Shown: piece after piece, positions 1 to 30,985 of the stretch
How the letters are laid out: every line of letters begins with the position of its first letter
How positions within the stretch are numbered: position 1 is the first letter of the stretch
Source: the human T2T-CHM13v2.0 reference genome, Homo sapiens
Strand: one strand, 5' to 3'
Assembly: GCF_009914755.1 (NCBI RefSeq)
Contig: NC_060947.1
DNA: 64,000 nt
Translations under genes and position numbers: made by a program
Notes under the pieces: model-generated
The model's database searches: none
What the model was told of the DNA's origin: nothing
The model's input: the letters and a program-made list of their open reading frames with translations, nothing else

Positions 1-725
1 TTATTTAAGACAATATATCAGGATTTCATGATGGTCTGTGCCTTTCAGAAGCTCGGCCATTGGAGATCTGGTTCCATCAGATGGAAATAGGGAATATTCC
101 TGAGGAAATCTCCCCTCTCCCCCCCAACATCATATCAATAAAAAAAAAAATTCGGTTCAGCAAACCGAGTTTGTTGAAAAAATTTAGGTAATGAAACGAG
201 TAAATGGGGTGGGAGAAAGCAGGATACATTCAACATGAATGAAGTGCCAAGTAAGTGTGCAGAAGCCGGGGCGGTTCAACCAAGGTGAATAGAATGCGGC
301 ACCTATCCCGCGGGAGCTCGGGACAAGTAAACCGTGGTAACAACTCTGGTGGAGGGGCAGGGCTCGGGGCAGGTGCCCGAGCACGAAACTTCAAATTCTA
401 AGAGCCAATACACCTTCCGTCTTGAAAGTCGTGAAGTATTTTCCCTTATCCCCAAATCATTCGCGCCCAATTCCTAAGAACGGCAACAAAAACAAAAACA
501 CAAGAATGTGTCGCCGATCGTGCTCCTTCTCAAACACGGGGATATTTCTAAACTTTCCGCGAAAGATCATAACGAGTACCTTCCTATAGCCAGACATCGC
601 CCCCAGAAACCGCAAGTCCCACTAGGATGCACACGAAGCACACTGGGTGCAGCACTCTCCCCTTTTCAGAACGCCGCCTTATGTCCCAATCCCGATCCGA
701 GCCTGCGAGCTGTGGCCGCACGCCC

Positions 726-741
726 TGCTGGGACTTGTAGT
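726..741 (-). promoter_or_regulatory. ZNF143/THAP11-type ACTACAnnTCCCA motif
   Basis: tgctgggacttgtagt is the reverse complement of ACTACAAGTCCCAGCA, about 260 bp upstream of the ATG. Confidence 0.7.
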
Positions 742-879
742 CCACTCCCGAGTCCCATTCCCGATCCGCGCAGACTCACACGGCCTCTATCTGCCCTTCG
801 GTCTTGCTGAAGCCCAGCCCAGTATTCAATGCTCCCCATCCCCATCTCGCTCCGTCCCCTCGGGGGCCAACCTCCTCCG

Positions 880-934
880 GTCACGTGGGAAGTCTCACAT
901 GCGGCGATTGGTCGTGGGGGCTCGGGGGCGGGGC
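880..934 (+). promoter_or_regulatory. Proximal promoter module: E-box, CCAAT box, GC box
   Basis: GTCACGTGG (CACGTG 882-887), reverse CCAAT (ATTGG 907-911) and Sp1 GGGGCGGGGC (925-934) in close succession upstream of ATG 998. Confidence 0.65.
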
Positions 935-997
935 GAAAGGCCCTGCGAGATTCTGTGCCCCTTGTCGGGCCGCTTGTTTGGCTGCTGCCGTCACCTC

Positions 998-1099
998 ATG
1001 GCGACGCGGGTAGAGGAGGCAGCGCGGGGAAGAGGCGGCGGCGCCGAAGAGGCGACTGAGGCCGGACGGGGCGGACGGCGACGCAGCCCGCGGCAGAAG
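998..1099 (+). CDS. TXLNG: Gamma-taxilin coding exon 1 (MATRVEEAARGRGGG...RRRSPRQK, 34 aa)
   Basis: ATG 998; donor AAG|GTCAGT at 1099/1100, phase 0; recognised N-terminus of gamma-taxilin. Confidence 0.95.
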
Positions 1100-3059
1100 G
1101 TCAGTCAGGGGGACGCCCTCGTTGTTGTCGGGCCCGGGGGATGTTTGGGCTCCCTTTTTCAGGGTCCACCTCTTCTCTCTCCCTGGTTACCTATAGCCAC
1201 GGGACGAACATCCGGTCTTCTTCCCTCCCGGGGGTGACGACAGTGGGAGCAGGTGGGGGGGGGTGGGACCGCGATGGATGGGGTGGGAAGGGACGACGGT
1301 TGGGGTTTGGCGGCGCGCGGCGGGGAAGCCGGGAGGGAGGGCAGGGGGCGCACGCGGTTCTAAGGGAGAAGGGGTGCGAGGCGGGGGTGCGCCAGGTGTG
1401 ACAGCCACGTGCGGCCAGCACCGCGGGGATCCGGGCGCCAGGCGTTCCTTCTCCCAGTCACCGCCGTCACCGTGCTCCCGGCGCTGAGCGCCGCCGTCCG
1501 GGGGCTCGCTGGGGTCGTGGGCTCGCCCTCCTGGCGTCGGGCAGGTGCGCAGGGCGCGCTGCGGGGTGCCCCCGGGCTGCTCAGGCTAGGCTGTTGCGCA
1601 GTAAGATAACCGCGCGGGAGCCGGGGTGTGCTTGGCCCCCCTTCCCCCGCCCCCCTGCGCTCCCCGCCACTGCGCGGGCGGGCAGGCGAGCGGGTGAGTG
1701 TCGCAGGGCCGGTGCGAGCGGGACGCTCGGCCCCCGGGACCTAGACCCCGGGGCTCCGAGGGCTTGGCTGCACGTGGGGCCGGGGATGGATGGGGAGGCG
1801 ATGCTGGAGGACCTCGGTCCTGCAGAGTTGGGATATCGCATGATAGCTGGTCCTCCCAGTCCTATTTACCACCCTCCTCTTTTTTCCCCTTTTTTTTCTT
1901 TCATTTATTATTTTTTTAATTTGATGAGTGGAAACTTGAATGCCTTCCCGACCCTGGCCTTGGGTCTTTCTTAATCTGGGAAACAGGCCGGACTGTTCCC
2001 CTTGCCTTACTTGACTCACGTCAAGGAGTTTTCAGTCCCTCCCTAGATACAGGAAAATTGAGACCTCTTTCAGAACGGGACAATTCCACTTGTTCTGGAG
2101 CTCAGTGGGTGGAGTTTGAAAAAGATTGCACAACGAACGGGGTACAGGGTTTTCGGGGCCCTGGAATGGATAATTGCGGGGACTGAGACTGGGAAGGTGG
2201 GAACCCCATCTCTTTTTTTCCTTGCAGGTGAACATACTGAAACGTTCGACTTGTTGGATATCTTGCTTGATCACCGAGGGCTATTTAATATTACTTAATT
2301 ATGTATTTGAACACTCTTAACTCCTGTATGAAATTACGAAATAATATTTTTCTAATGCAATTCATAAACTTCAAATGGGAGAACAAAGGTCCAGTTTACG
2401 TCTGAGCAGAGTGTTAAGAATTAGCTTTTTGGGGCCTGTTTCTAAGGTCAGGTATTTTCATGTTTCTGCATGACAGTGTTACTACTTCTCAATTACCTCT
2501 CTTTCTTTCTCTCCCTCTCTTTGTATTCTAAAAGAAAGATCCAGTGCTTGCAGGACTGAAAAAGAAGCTGTGGACCAATGTCCTGTAAGGGATTCAACAC
2601 CATCACTTTGGACACTTCACTTATTCCCTAAGGGTGGAGTGCCAATCTCAGTGTTTGATTTCGTAGGTTCCCCAGGGGAGGAGGACTCTGATAAAAAGCC
2701 ACTGCAATTGAGGATATAAGTTCCCTTTTATGACACTGGGATAAGGACAAAAAGTCGTTGAATTAGGAACTGAGGTTTAATCAACTAGCATTTAAAATAA
2801 CCAAGATAGGAGGTAATGACCCTTTGAGGTGCAGAGCTCTGGTTAACAGCTGGATAGGAATAGTCATGTGTGTGTCTACTCATTTTTGTTTATGTACCTC
2901 ATACTCCATTCTTCTTTGCTTATGCTCTTCTGAGCATCTTTTTCTTTTTGATTTCTAACTGACAGTGACGGCATTCAAATACATGGTAAAATATTAATCT
3001 TTGAATTTTCATTTAACAAATTGGGTGAATTATCTTGTGTTTGCAAGAATCATTTTTAA

Positions 3060-3475
3060 GCCAGCTATGGTGGCATGCACCTGTAGTACCACCTAGTCAG
3101 GAGACTGAAGCAGGAGGCTAGCCTGGGCCGCAGAGTGAGACCCTGTCTCTTAAAAAAACAAACAAACTTGTTGTGTTTTTTTTTTTTTTTTTTGAGTCAG
3201 AGTCTTGCTCTGTTACCCAGGCTGCAGTGCAGTGATGCAATCTTGGCTCACTGCATCTTCCACCTCGTGGGTTCCAGCGATTCTCGTGCCTCAGCCTCCT
3301 GAGTAGCTGGGATTACAGATGTGTGCTACCACGCCCAGCTAATTTTTATATTTTTAGTAGAAACAGGGTTTCACCATGTTGGCCAGGCTGGTCTTGAACT
3401 CCTGGCCTCAGGTAAGCCACCCACCTTGGCCTTCCAAAGTGGCGGGATTACAGGCATGAGCCACTGCAACTGGCC
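3060..3475. mobile_element. Sense Alu monomer fragment (3060-3165) abutting an antisense full Alu (3176-3475)
   Basis: Alu consensus blocks with facing A-rich and T-rich tails. Confidence 0.88.
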
Positions 3476-3897
3476 AAAAATTTTTTTAAAAATCATTTTT
3501 ACATTACTTCATTGTGTCCCTTAATTTTAAAATTTCTTTTGGGTCACTGACTTGAAAAAATATTTCTTAATTCCAGCTTAACTTCTATCCTTTTTTTCAG
3601 GAAGCAGAAATGTTTAATGAATTGAGTTTTTTGAAAATATTGAAAGAATTAAAAGAAAAGTGAGTGTTTTGTCATTATCTAGTTACATTATGGGACCTGA
3701 AGTGAGGAACAATTGGAGATGGGCTTTTTTGGTTCCTGGTTGCTTTAACCATCTGCCTAGTCACTCGCGACCTGCTCAGTTAATTGTGGCATTGTTTCAT
3801 AACTACAACCATTTGAATGGTCTCTTGAGGTAACCTTTTGCTTCTAAAGGTAATGTTACAGTACATTACTAGGGGTCTCTTCAGGAATTTTCTAAAA

Positions 3898-4090
3898 CTG
3901 TGCTGATAGTAGCCACTAGTGACATGTAGCTAAATTTGTTAACTAAAATTAAAATTAAAAATTTTTTTCTTCAGTTATACTAACCAAGTTTCAGGTATTC
4001 AGTAGCCAGTGTGGCTAGTGGCTACTGTATTAGAGCAGATCTAGAATATTTTCATCATTGCATAAAAATTTTATCAGCATTGGTCTAAAA
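3898..4090. mobile_element. MER3/MER33-like hAT-Charlie DNA transposon remnant
   Basis: gtagccactag...gtggctagtggctactgtatt inverted ends typical of the family. Confidence 0.65.
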
Positions 4091-4199
4091 AGATGAGTAC
4101 ACAATATCTAGTATGTCAGGCATTTTTTAGAACATCAGGCTCATTCGTTTTACTTCCTAAATCCCTATGTAGAATTTGCTTTATAAGGTTGATTTAAAA

Positions 4200-5157
<958 letters not shown>

Positions 5158-5394
5158 TAATACAAGGTACCTAGGCCCAAATTAACAAAATCTTGCATTT
5201 ACATAATGCCCTGTAGTTTTTATGGCACATTTGCACATACATTAACTCTTTCAGCACCAGTCAGATGCTGTGGAGAAGGCTGGGCAGCTTTCACTGCCCT
5301 CATTTGCTGATGACAAGCTGCTCAACGATGTTAACTCACTTGCCTAAGGGGTGAAGCTGAGTCTGGAACCCAATACTCTTTCATCTATACTACA

Positions 5395-5610
5395 GTAATG
5401 AGTAGTGTAGTACTGGGTAAATCTATGGATTTTGGAGTTGGGACTCCTGGCTTTCTGCCGCCCATAGCTCTGCAACCTTGGGCAAGTTTCTCAATCTTTC
5501 TAAGCTTCAGTTGCATCATCTGTAAAGAGGGGATAATGCTCATACCTACCACAGGGGATTACTGTGAAGAAGGAGTTGATGGGACACATTTGGCACAGTG
5601 TGGGATATGT
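5395..5610 (+). mobile_element. MIR SINE
   Basis: Core accttgggcaagt...ctaagcttcagtt..catctgtaaa..ggggataat. Confidence 0.75.
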
Positions 5611-6099
5611 AGAATTTTACATGGTTTGGAGGGGAGGACATATGGAAGAGATTAATTTCTCTTGCATTTAGGGTGCTAATTTTGTAAATCCATCTTCCAA
5701 CCTTTATATTCTCTCCTCTTCCCAGAATCTCTCCGTGATAGACATAATGAGGAGAAATCAGGTCAGGGTTGGGCAAGAGTATGGGGGCAGGAAAAAGCCA
5801 TTTCATTAATCTTGTTTTTCTCCCCATTTGCCAACTTGATGAACTTCCACTCTTCTGGTACAGAGATTAAGTAATGAGAAGTAAAGTAAAGTGATCTTCT
5901 GCTTACACCATTGTTTTCTAATTGTATCACCAAGCTTTGGTAAATTTATTTTTTTCTTTTACTGGGATCAAATAGGACAAGCAGTAATGAGAACAAACCA
6001 GATACAGCATATTCTGCTATTCATGCCACATTTTCATATCATATTATGTCATATTTATTATGTTATTGGAACGTGTTTTATTTATTTATTTTTAATTTA

Positions 6100-10853
<4,754 letters not shown>

Positions 10854-11349
10854 TAGAGAGTATGCCCTTTACAGAGAAAGACAAGGATTCAGTCTCTGCT
10901 TTCCTTTCCTAGGTTCCTGACCGTGGACATCGTACTTAAATTACCTTATCACTGAGGCTGCTTGTTTATCATACCTGCCTATAAGATAGTTCTGAGAATT
11001 AAATGAGGAAGTAGTCTATTAAATACTGTTACAGAGGCTTCTGAATGAGCCAGAGCAATGAAGGTCAAGGGAAAGTGTTTATACCAGTTGTCCCTCACCA
11101 CCCATTTGGATTCCACTGATTGGCAGATCTGTCACTTAACAAAAAGGGGGAAAGATGCCTATTTGTTAGGTGTAGTTGAATAAGAAGGAAGTGGCACTCT
11201 TCTCCCTGTTCTCCTCCCTGGTCCCAGGGCGTATTCCCTAGAGGTGGATCTGCCTGCTTATTGCTGCCAAGATGTGGACCCCTTTCTGGTCATGGTTTGA
11301 CAGAGCTGGCCTTCTAGTCTCTCTATTCCTGCTCCCACCACAACCAGGA

Positions 11350-13085
<1,736 letters not shown>

Positions 13086-13092
13086 CAAAAGT

Positions 13093-15237
<2,145 letters not shown>

Positions 15238-15317
15238 AAGAGGAGATACTTCTGAAAAATGCTTATTTCTTAGTGTATTTCCTGTGGAGCAGTTCTTGGC
15301 TTCAGCAACCTCAGACC

Positions 15318-16034
<717 letters not shown>

Positions 16035-16406
16035 CCTCCCTTTCCATTACGCTTACCTGAAGTCTAGTCCCCAAAACATCCAGATAGTCAAGGACTTTCC
16101 CCCTTTACTCAGTGGTCAACTGATTTATTTAAAGGCAACCTACCTTTCTCCCAAAGATAGTGATTTCTTTAGCGTTATGATAGATTAATTCTCCAGCTAG
16201 TGGGGTTGGAGGGAAAGAGATTGGCTATTTTCTCTGCTTATAAATGAGTCTACAGTCATTGGTGAGTTCTCCTGAAGCCCATGTCTTGCATGTATTTTAT
16301 TCTTAATGTTAGTGTTGCCTGTGAACCGTGTGACAGTAATAAAAAGCCCGGGCTTTGAACAAAGCCAGACTCCCTGTGTTCAGATCTTGGCCTAACCGTT
16401 GCATAA

Positions 16407-19790
<3,384 letters not shown>

Positions 19791-21008
19791 CCTCCACCCC
19801 CTTTTTAAAAATAGCTTCTGGGCTTTTTGCTTTCCTTTGAAAGGCCTTCTTGGCTACTCTGTGCTACTGAGATAGCCCTGCTCTGTCTATGGAGCAGTCA
19901 TTCTGCTGTATATAATTTCATAAAAATAAAAAAACCAAAACAACAACAACAAAAGAAAGGCCTTCTTCATGCCAAGGTTATGGAAAAAAATTTGTTGAGG
20001 ACTTCTTCAAGCTCTTTGTGGTTTTAATTTTTCATGTTTCAATCTTGGTATATCTGGAGGGGGTAAGACAGGATACCCCTTTGTTCCCCCATATGGTTTG
20101 GGAGATATCATAAATCATTTATTTCCTTTACCAATTTGAAATGACACCATTTTTAATGTAGTAAATTCCCATGTATGGGTCTGTGTGGTCTGTTTTTAAA
20201 GACAGTGCTATATAACTTAGGAAGTCTCAGACAAGTATTTCATACCTAAAATTTACATAAGATCTAACCTTTGGGAGTTTATATTTGGAAACATTGAGAA
20301 TTTATTATCTTAAAGAATATAGGCATATTGTAGAGACATGTATACCAAAATCTAATTATATAATAGTGCACAGTAATATTTTATCTGTTAAAAATAAATA
20401 TCCTTTCATTTCATTTCTTTGTTCTAACACAGTAAAACAGACTACTATTTAAGGAGGCATTGAGTTATGTAATACATATTTTAAAGGCTTTGATCCAAAA
20501 TGGTTAAAACAGGAATTTGAGATAAATGATTGATAAAGCATTAGCTGTGAGGAAAACTGTGCTATCCACAATAGTTCTTTGGAAGATTAAAATAGCCTTA
20601 GTGTATACACTGTTTTAAATGACTTATACAAAGCTGAAGTCATTTTTGTAATTTAGCCACATGACAATGTAATTTTTATAATAGGCTTGTTTGTAAAACT
20701 TTGTATTTGGAAATGTGAAAGCCCCTCAAAATACTGGAAGCGTTTAGGAGGAACGTTTATGTTTTATAAAACCAAATAAGGCCAGTAGCTGATGCCCCGA
20801 GAGTATGGGGTATCTTTGATATCTTTCACTATTTCCTCATCCATTTCTGCCTCCACTGCCCCTCCCAGGGCAGAGCGAGCATGGTTGCACATACACTGTT
20901 GTCCGTACACTCCTGGTTGAAGTTAACAACTCTTAGGGTAAATTATTAGAAACAAAGGGTTGGAAAGATTTTTAGAGATAATTTGGTTTATCCTAAAACA
21001 CAAAATTA

Positions 21009-21661
<653 letters not shown>

Positions 21662-23787
21662 TCACTTCAAATTATTTGAAGCTGTCCCTACCCCCAAATT
21701 AGACATGTCTTACCTCCCTAAATCCCAGAGTTAATCCCTGCTAAAAATTCTACGTATCTTTCATGATGTTTTCTGAATGCATATTGGTATTTCTAGTGTG
21801 CTGTGTATTTTTAGACATTTAATTTAGATTTATTTTGTAACTGCGTCAGAGATCTGTTTGACTTTGAACTTGCATTTTCCAAAGCTGATTTATAAAGTGA
21901 GGGAAACAGTGTAATAGAGAGAACATTGACTCTTGAGTTTGGTGGACCTGGTTTTGAATTTTCCCAGCCCCTTTTACTGATTTTAATATGATTTTGAGCG
22001 AGTTACTTAATCTCGTCAAGTCTCATTTTCTGTACCTGGGAACAATAAGGCCTGTATCTCAGTGAGGCAGGGAAGGTTAAATGGGGTCACTTTGAGAATA
22101 CCTCACACAGTGTCAGCCTGAGGTGCTAAAGGTTCCCTTTACTTATTTGATAAGTTCCTCCTAGACTGGGAATCTGAGGCAAGCTAAGGATGTCTGTCTA
22201 GGAAAATGCAGAAATACACACAACTTTTCCCAACTGCTCCCTCTGAAGGTCCACTCTAGCTCTTGCTGGCAAGGACTGGGTAATTTGTGTCCTCTGCATA
22301 TGCCTGGCCCTGGTCAAAGGTGTTTGAGCTCATGTGAGCAAGCAGTAGTTGAAATAATTAGGAAGTGAATGTGGGTGTTGGTAGAAGGGAAAGAAACCTA
22401 AAAATTTTTTTTTCCTTCTGGTTTTAATTTCCATGTTCTTAGTTTTGAATGTTTTGATCCAAAAAGCTATTACAAGTAGTTGATGAATGCAGAGTACTTC
22501 CTCATGTTCATTTGCAAAAATTTCTATGATAGTTGTTCTTTGCTCCTGTCATTTATTATTGATAAACTGGTGACCTCCCATTTTGAAGGCATCTCTTGGT
22601 CAGTTAGTGAGTCCTCTTAGCTCCAAGTATTGAGACAGTGGAAGGAAGATTGCGAAATATATCCTTTGACCGGAGGGGAGTGGCTAGGGTGAGGGATTAT
22701 TCGTGTTTAAGGCTCTTGTAAACAAACACTTGTAGCACAGTGTTGTGCTTCTCTAAAAGGTACACATGCTGCTCACAAGATGCAGATGTCATAGCTTTTG
22801 TGTCTTGATTTTCTGCAGGGAAGGGTTCTAATAGAAATCCATCTGGAAACTACTCAGTGTTGGTTTCATTTTCATTTGAGATTGGAATTTAAATAAATAT
22901 TTCCTCCCCTTTTGTTTTTCCAAATAAGGCACTATATTAGAGCTCTTCATTTTGCTGTTAAAAAACATGTTAAAGCTCTTGTAAAGGTAACTCATGGCAC
23001 CTAACTTAAAAGGTGAAAACACGCCTGCTGTGAAAGTCTTGTCCCCACTCACCCAGTTTGTCTCCAGTAATGTTTCTTTGTGTCCGGCCAGAGATTGGAT
23101 ATACTACTCTGCTCATACATTTATACCTCCTCAAGCCTCATATCATGGCATATGGTATGTGCTACAGGGTATTTTGCTTTTTCCCTTATTAACGTGTCCT
23201 TACCAGTAATTATATAACCACCTTATTCTTTTTTTTAACAGTATGGTACTCAATTGGATGGATGTACAGCAGTTTATTCATCCGGTCTATTATTTATTGA
23301 TATTTAGGATATTTCTGAATTTTTGCTACCATAAATAATGCTGCATAAATAACCTTATGTATTATGTCATTCACAAATGCACTGGTATATGTGTAGGAAA
23401 AACTGGTAAGAAATGAATTTGCTGGATCAAAGCATATGTGACTTGATGTTTTCTCCCTCCAACATCTTATGAAAAATTTCAAAGCTACTGCAAAGTTTAT
23501 ACTAAACATCAATTTTGCCACCACCTAGATTTTACCTTTGACATTTTACTCTGGTTGCTTTTTCAGTTATCCATTTATCTGTCCCTTCACCCATGAAGCC
23601 ATCAGAAGTACATTATGTGCTAAGTTTTAGCAAATGCATGCAGCTCTGTAACTGAAATCCCCATCAAGATACAGAGCATTACCAACACCCTAGAGGTTCC
23701 CTTGTGCTGCTGGTTCCCAGTCAGTCCCTTCCCCGACTGGACTCCTTGGTGGTTAAGTCAATTTATCCTCCCACCAGGAATGCTTGA

Positions 23788-24308
<521 letters not shown>

Positions 24309-24477
24309 TATACATATATATAGTGCGTATACAAAATATACAGTACATTCTGTTTTGTAATTCATTTTTGTACATCGTATTTTGGGAGCATCTCTTCCCA
24401 TTATTAAATAGGCTTCTCTAAGATGGCTGGGCCAGGAGAAGGATGTTTGAACAGTAGTAGACAGAAGGTAGTTATGA

Positions 24478-24735
24478 AGCAGTATATTTTTGTGGTTAAG
24501 AGCATGGACTCAGAAGCTAGACTGCTAGAGTTCAAATCTTTGCCCTGCAGTTTACTAACTGTGACCTTAGGCAGGATACTTAACTTTACATGCCATAGTT
24601 TGCTCATCTCTAAAATGGAGAAAATAATAGTGCCTACCTAGTGGCATTGTTGTGAGGATTAAGCTAATTAATATAGGAAAGTTCTTACAGTAGTGCCTGG
24701 ATGTACTATTTACTGTATAAGTATTAGCTACTACT
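24478..24735 (+). mobile_element. MIR SINE
   Basis: gtggttaagagcatggactc..gttcaaatc..gtgaccttaggca..ctcatctctaaaatgg..gttgtgaggatta. Confidence 0.85.
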
Positions 24736-25180
24736 ACTATTATTTATATAAGAGATTGATCCAAGAAAAGGCATCCAGAATGGGCATCAGAGAGAGAAGA
24801 CAGAGTAGGAAATTGTACTGGGCATATGATATAGAATTCTCTGGTTGAGGAGATGAGGTCTGAGAAATCATTTACAATTTAATAAAGTTATTGGCCTAAG
24901 AATTTGCTTAATATTCAATAGCCCAGGTACAGAGCCTCAAGTAGGTTGTTAATTGAATAGTCCTTGTGGTAGAAAAATTGGGGCCTGCTATTTCAAGAGT
25001 ATTTGTAGACTGTGGTTTGAATCAAGTCCTGTTGGAACTGGGCTTATTAATAAACAAAAAGATTTTGTAGAGCCAAAGTATATCTTTCATTAGCAAATGT
25101 AAAAAATACCCCAATACCACATCAAAATTAGTTGTACAAGAGAGAAGGGAAATGTAATACTGTCTTGCTTCTAATGATAA

Positions 25181-25354
<174 letters not shown>

Positions 25355-25855
25355 TAATTTTTGTATTTTTACCAGAGATGGTGATTTGCCATGTTGGCCA
25401 GGCTGGTCTTGAACTCCTGACCTCAAGTGTTCTACCCACCTCGGCCCCCCAAATTGCTGGGTTTCCAGCATGAGCTACCGTGCCTGGCCAATAGTGGTAT
25501 TTTCTATAACTTGTGTATTAATGCCTAGGTTCTTTTTGTGGATTGTTTTCAACAGCCATTTTTGCCTCTGTATGCTCCCCATCAGTTGGCATTTGAGTAC
25601 CATTTGTGCATAATAAGCTATTGCTACTTAGGAGGCTGTATGTATCAAATACGTGATATTGTAATATGTGATAAGAGTTCAGAGGCAGGAGTGTCTGGAA
25701 AGACAAAAAAATCGGAAGTATTAACTACAAATAGGAAGTGATGACATACAATTAAAAGGAAAATAGGTGATGTGGTGTTTGTGCACTATACAGATTAATT
25801 TAATATTCTTCTTTATGCCATATGACACCACCTATTATTCTGCATTACACAATAG

Positions 25856-26312
<457 letters not shown>

Positions 26313-26680
26313 TAATTTTTATGTTTTTAGTAGAGACGGGGTTTCACCATGTTGGCCAGGATGGTCTTGATCATCTCTTGACCTCGTCATCTGCCTGCCT
26401 CAGCCTCCCAAACTGCTGGAATTACAGACGTGAGTCACCGCACCCGACCCTGAGTCTTTATATTGTCTTTTTGCTGTATAGTGGTAATAGTAAATGACCT
26501 GTATACTTTTTTTTCTTTCTTTTTTTTTTTTGAGATGTAGTCTTGCTCTGTTGCCCAGGCTGGAGTGCAGTGGCACGATCTTGGCTCACTGTAACCTTTG
26601 TCTCCTGAGTTCAAGCAATTCTCCTACCTCAGCCTCCTGAGCAGCTGGGATTACAGGCGCCCGCCACCACACCCAGCTAA

Positions 26681-26839
<159 letters not shown>

Positions 26840-26894
26840 TGAAAACAAGAGTAACTTTTAATTAAATCTCCTTATGATGTTTTGAAATAAGTGA

Positions 26895-27109
<215 letters not shown>

Positions 27110-27183
27110 TAGGCTGGTCTCGAACTCCTGATCTCATGATCCACTGGCCTTGGCCTCCCAAAGTTCTGGGATTACAGGCATGA

Positions 27184-27387
<204 letters not shown>

Positions 27388-27539
27388 TAGTAGAGGCGGG
27401 GTTTCTCCATGTTGATCAGGCTAGTCTCGAACTCCTGACCTCAGGTGATCTGCCCACCTCAACCTCCCAAACTGCTGGGATTACAGGTATGAGCTACTGC
27501 GCCAGTCCTATTCCTTTCTTCCAAGTTGAGGTAACCATG

Positions 27540-29434
<1,895 letters not shown>

Positions 29435-29679
29435 TCGCTAATGGAACTGAAAAACTACAAATGAACCAATCTCATTCCTCAAGTAGCCTCAGGGTTAGGA
29501 CAGGCCTCAGGGTTTTCTTGGTGAAAATTATTTATGCTTCCCCTTTTTTCTACGAATTTCATGCTCACTGTATTTTTGATACGGCTTGACACCATATTTT
29601 CTGGGATTGTGTGGGTTTTATTATCATTAAGTGTCTGAGAAATTCTGTGTTAGAGATAAGCAGTCTTCTATTCTCGTTT

Positions 29680-30985
<1,306 letters not shown>

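Larger units (their letters stand above)
500..1820. promoter_or_regulatory. TXLNG: CpG island / TATA-less promoter of TXLNG
   Basis: Very high GC and CpG density spanning exon 1 and the start of intron 1, against CpG-depleted flanks. Boundaries approximate. Confidence 0.93.

Noticed and set aside
647-1237. 196-aa ORF, including in-frame ATG 899, as an N-terminally extended TXLNG
   Set aside because: The upstream part overlaps the E-box/CCAAT/GC promoter elements and so probably precedes the TSS; the 3' part reads past the exon 1 donor. Long ORFs are expected in CpG islands.
1141-2019. Many overlapping 60-126 aa ORFs in early intron 1
   Set aside because: Stop-poor GC-rich sequence giving low-complexity Pro/Arg/Gly translations with no recognisable domain.
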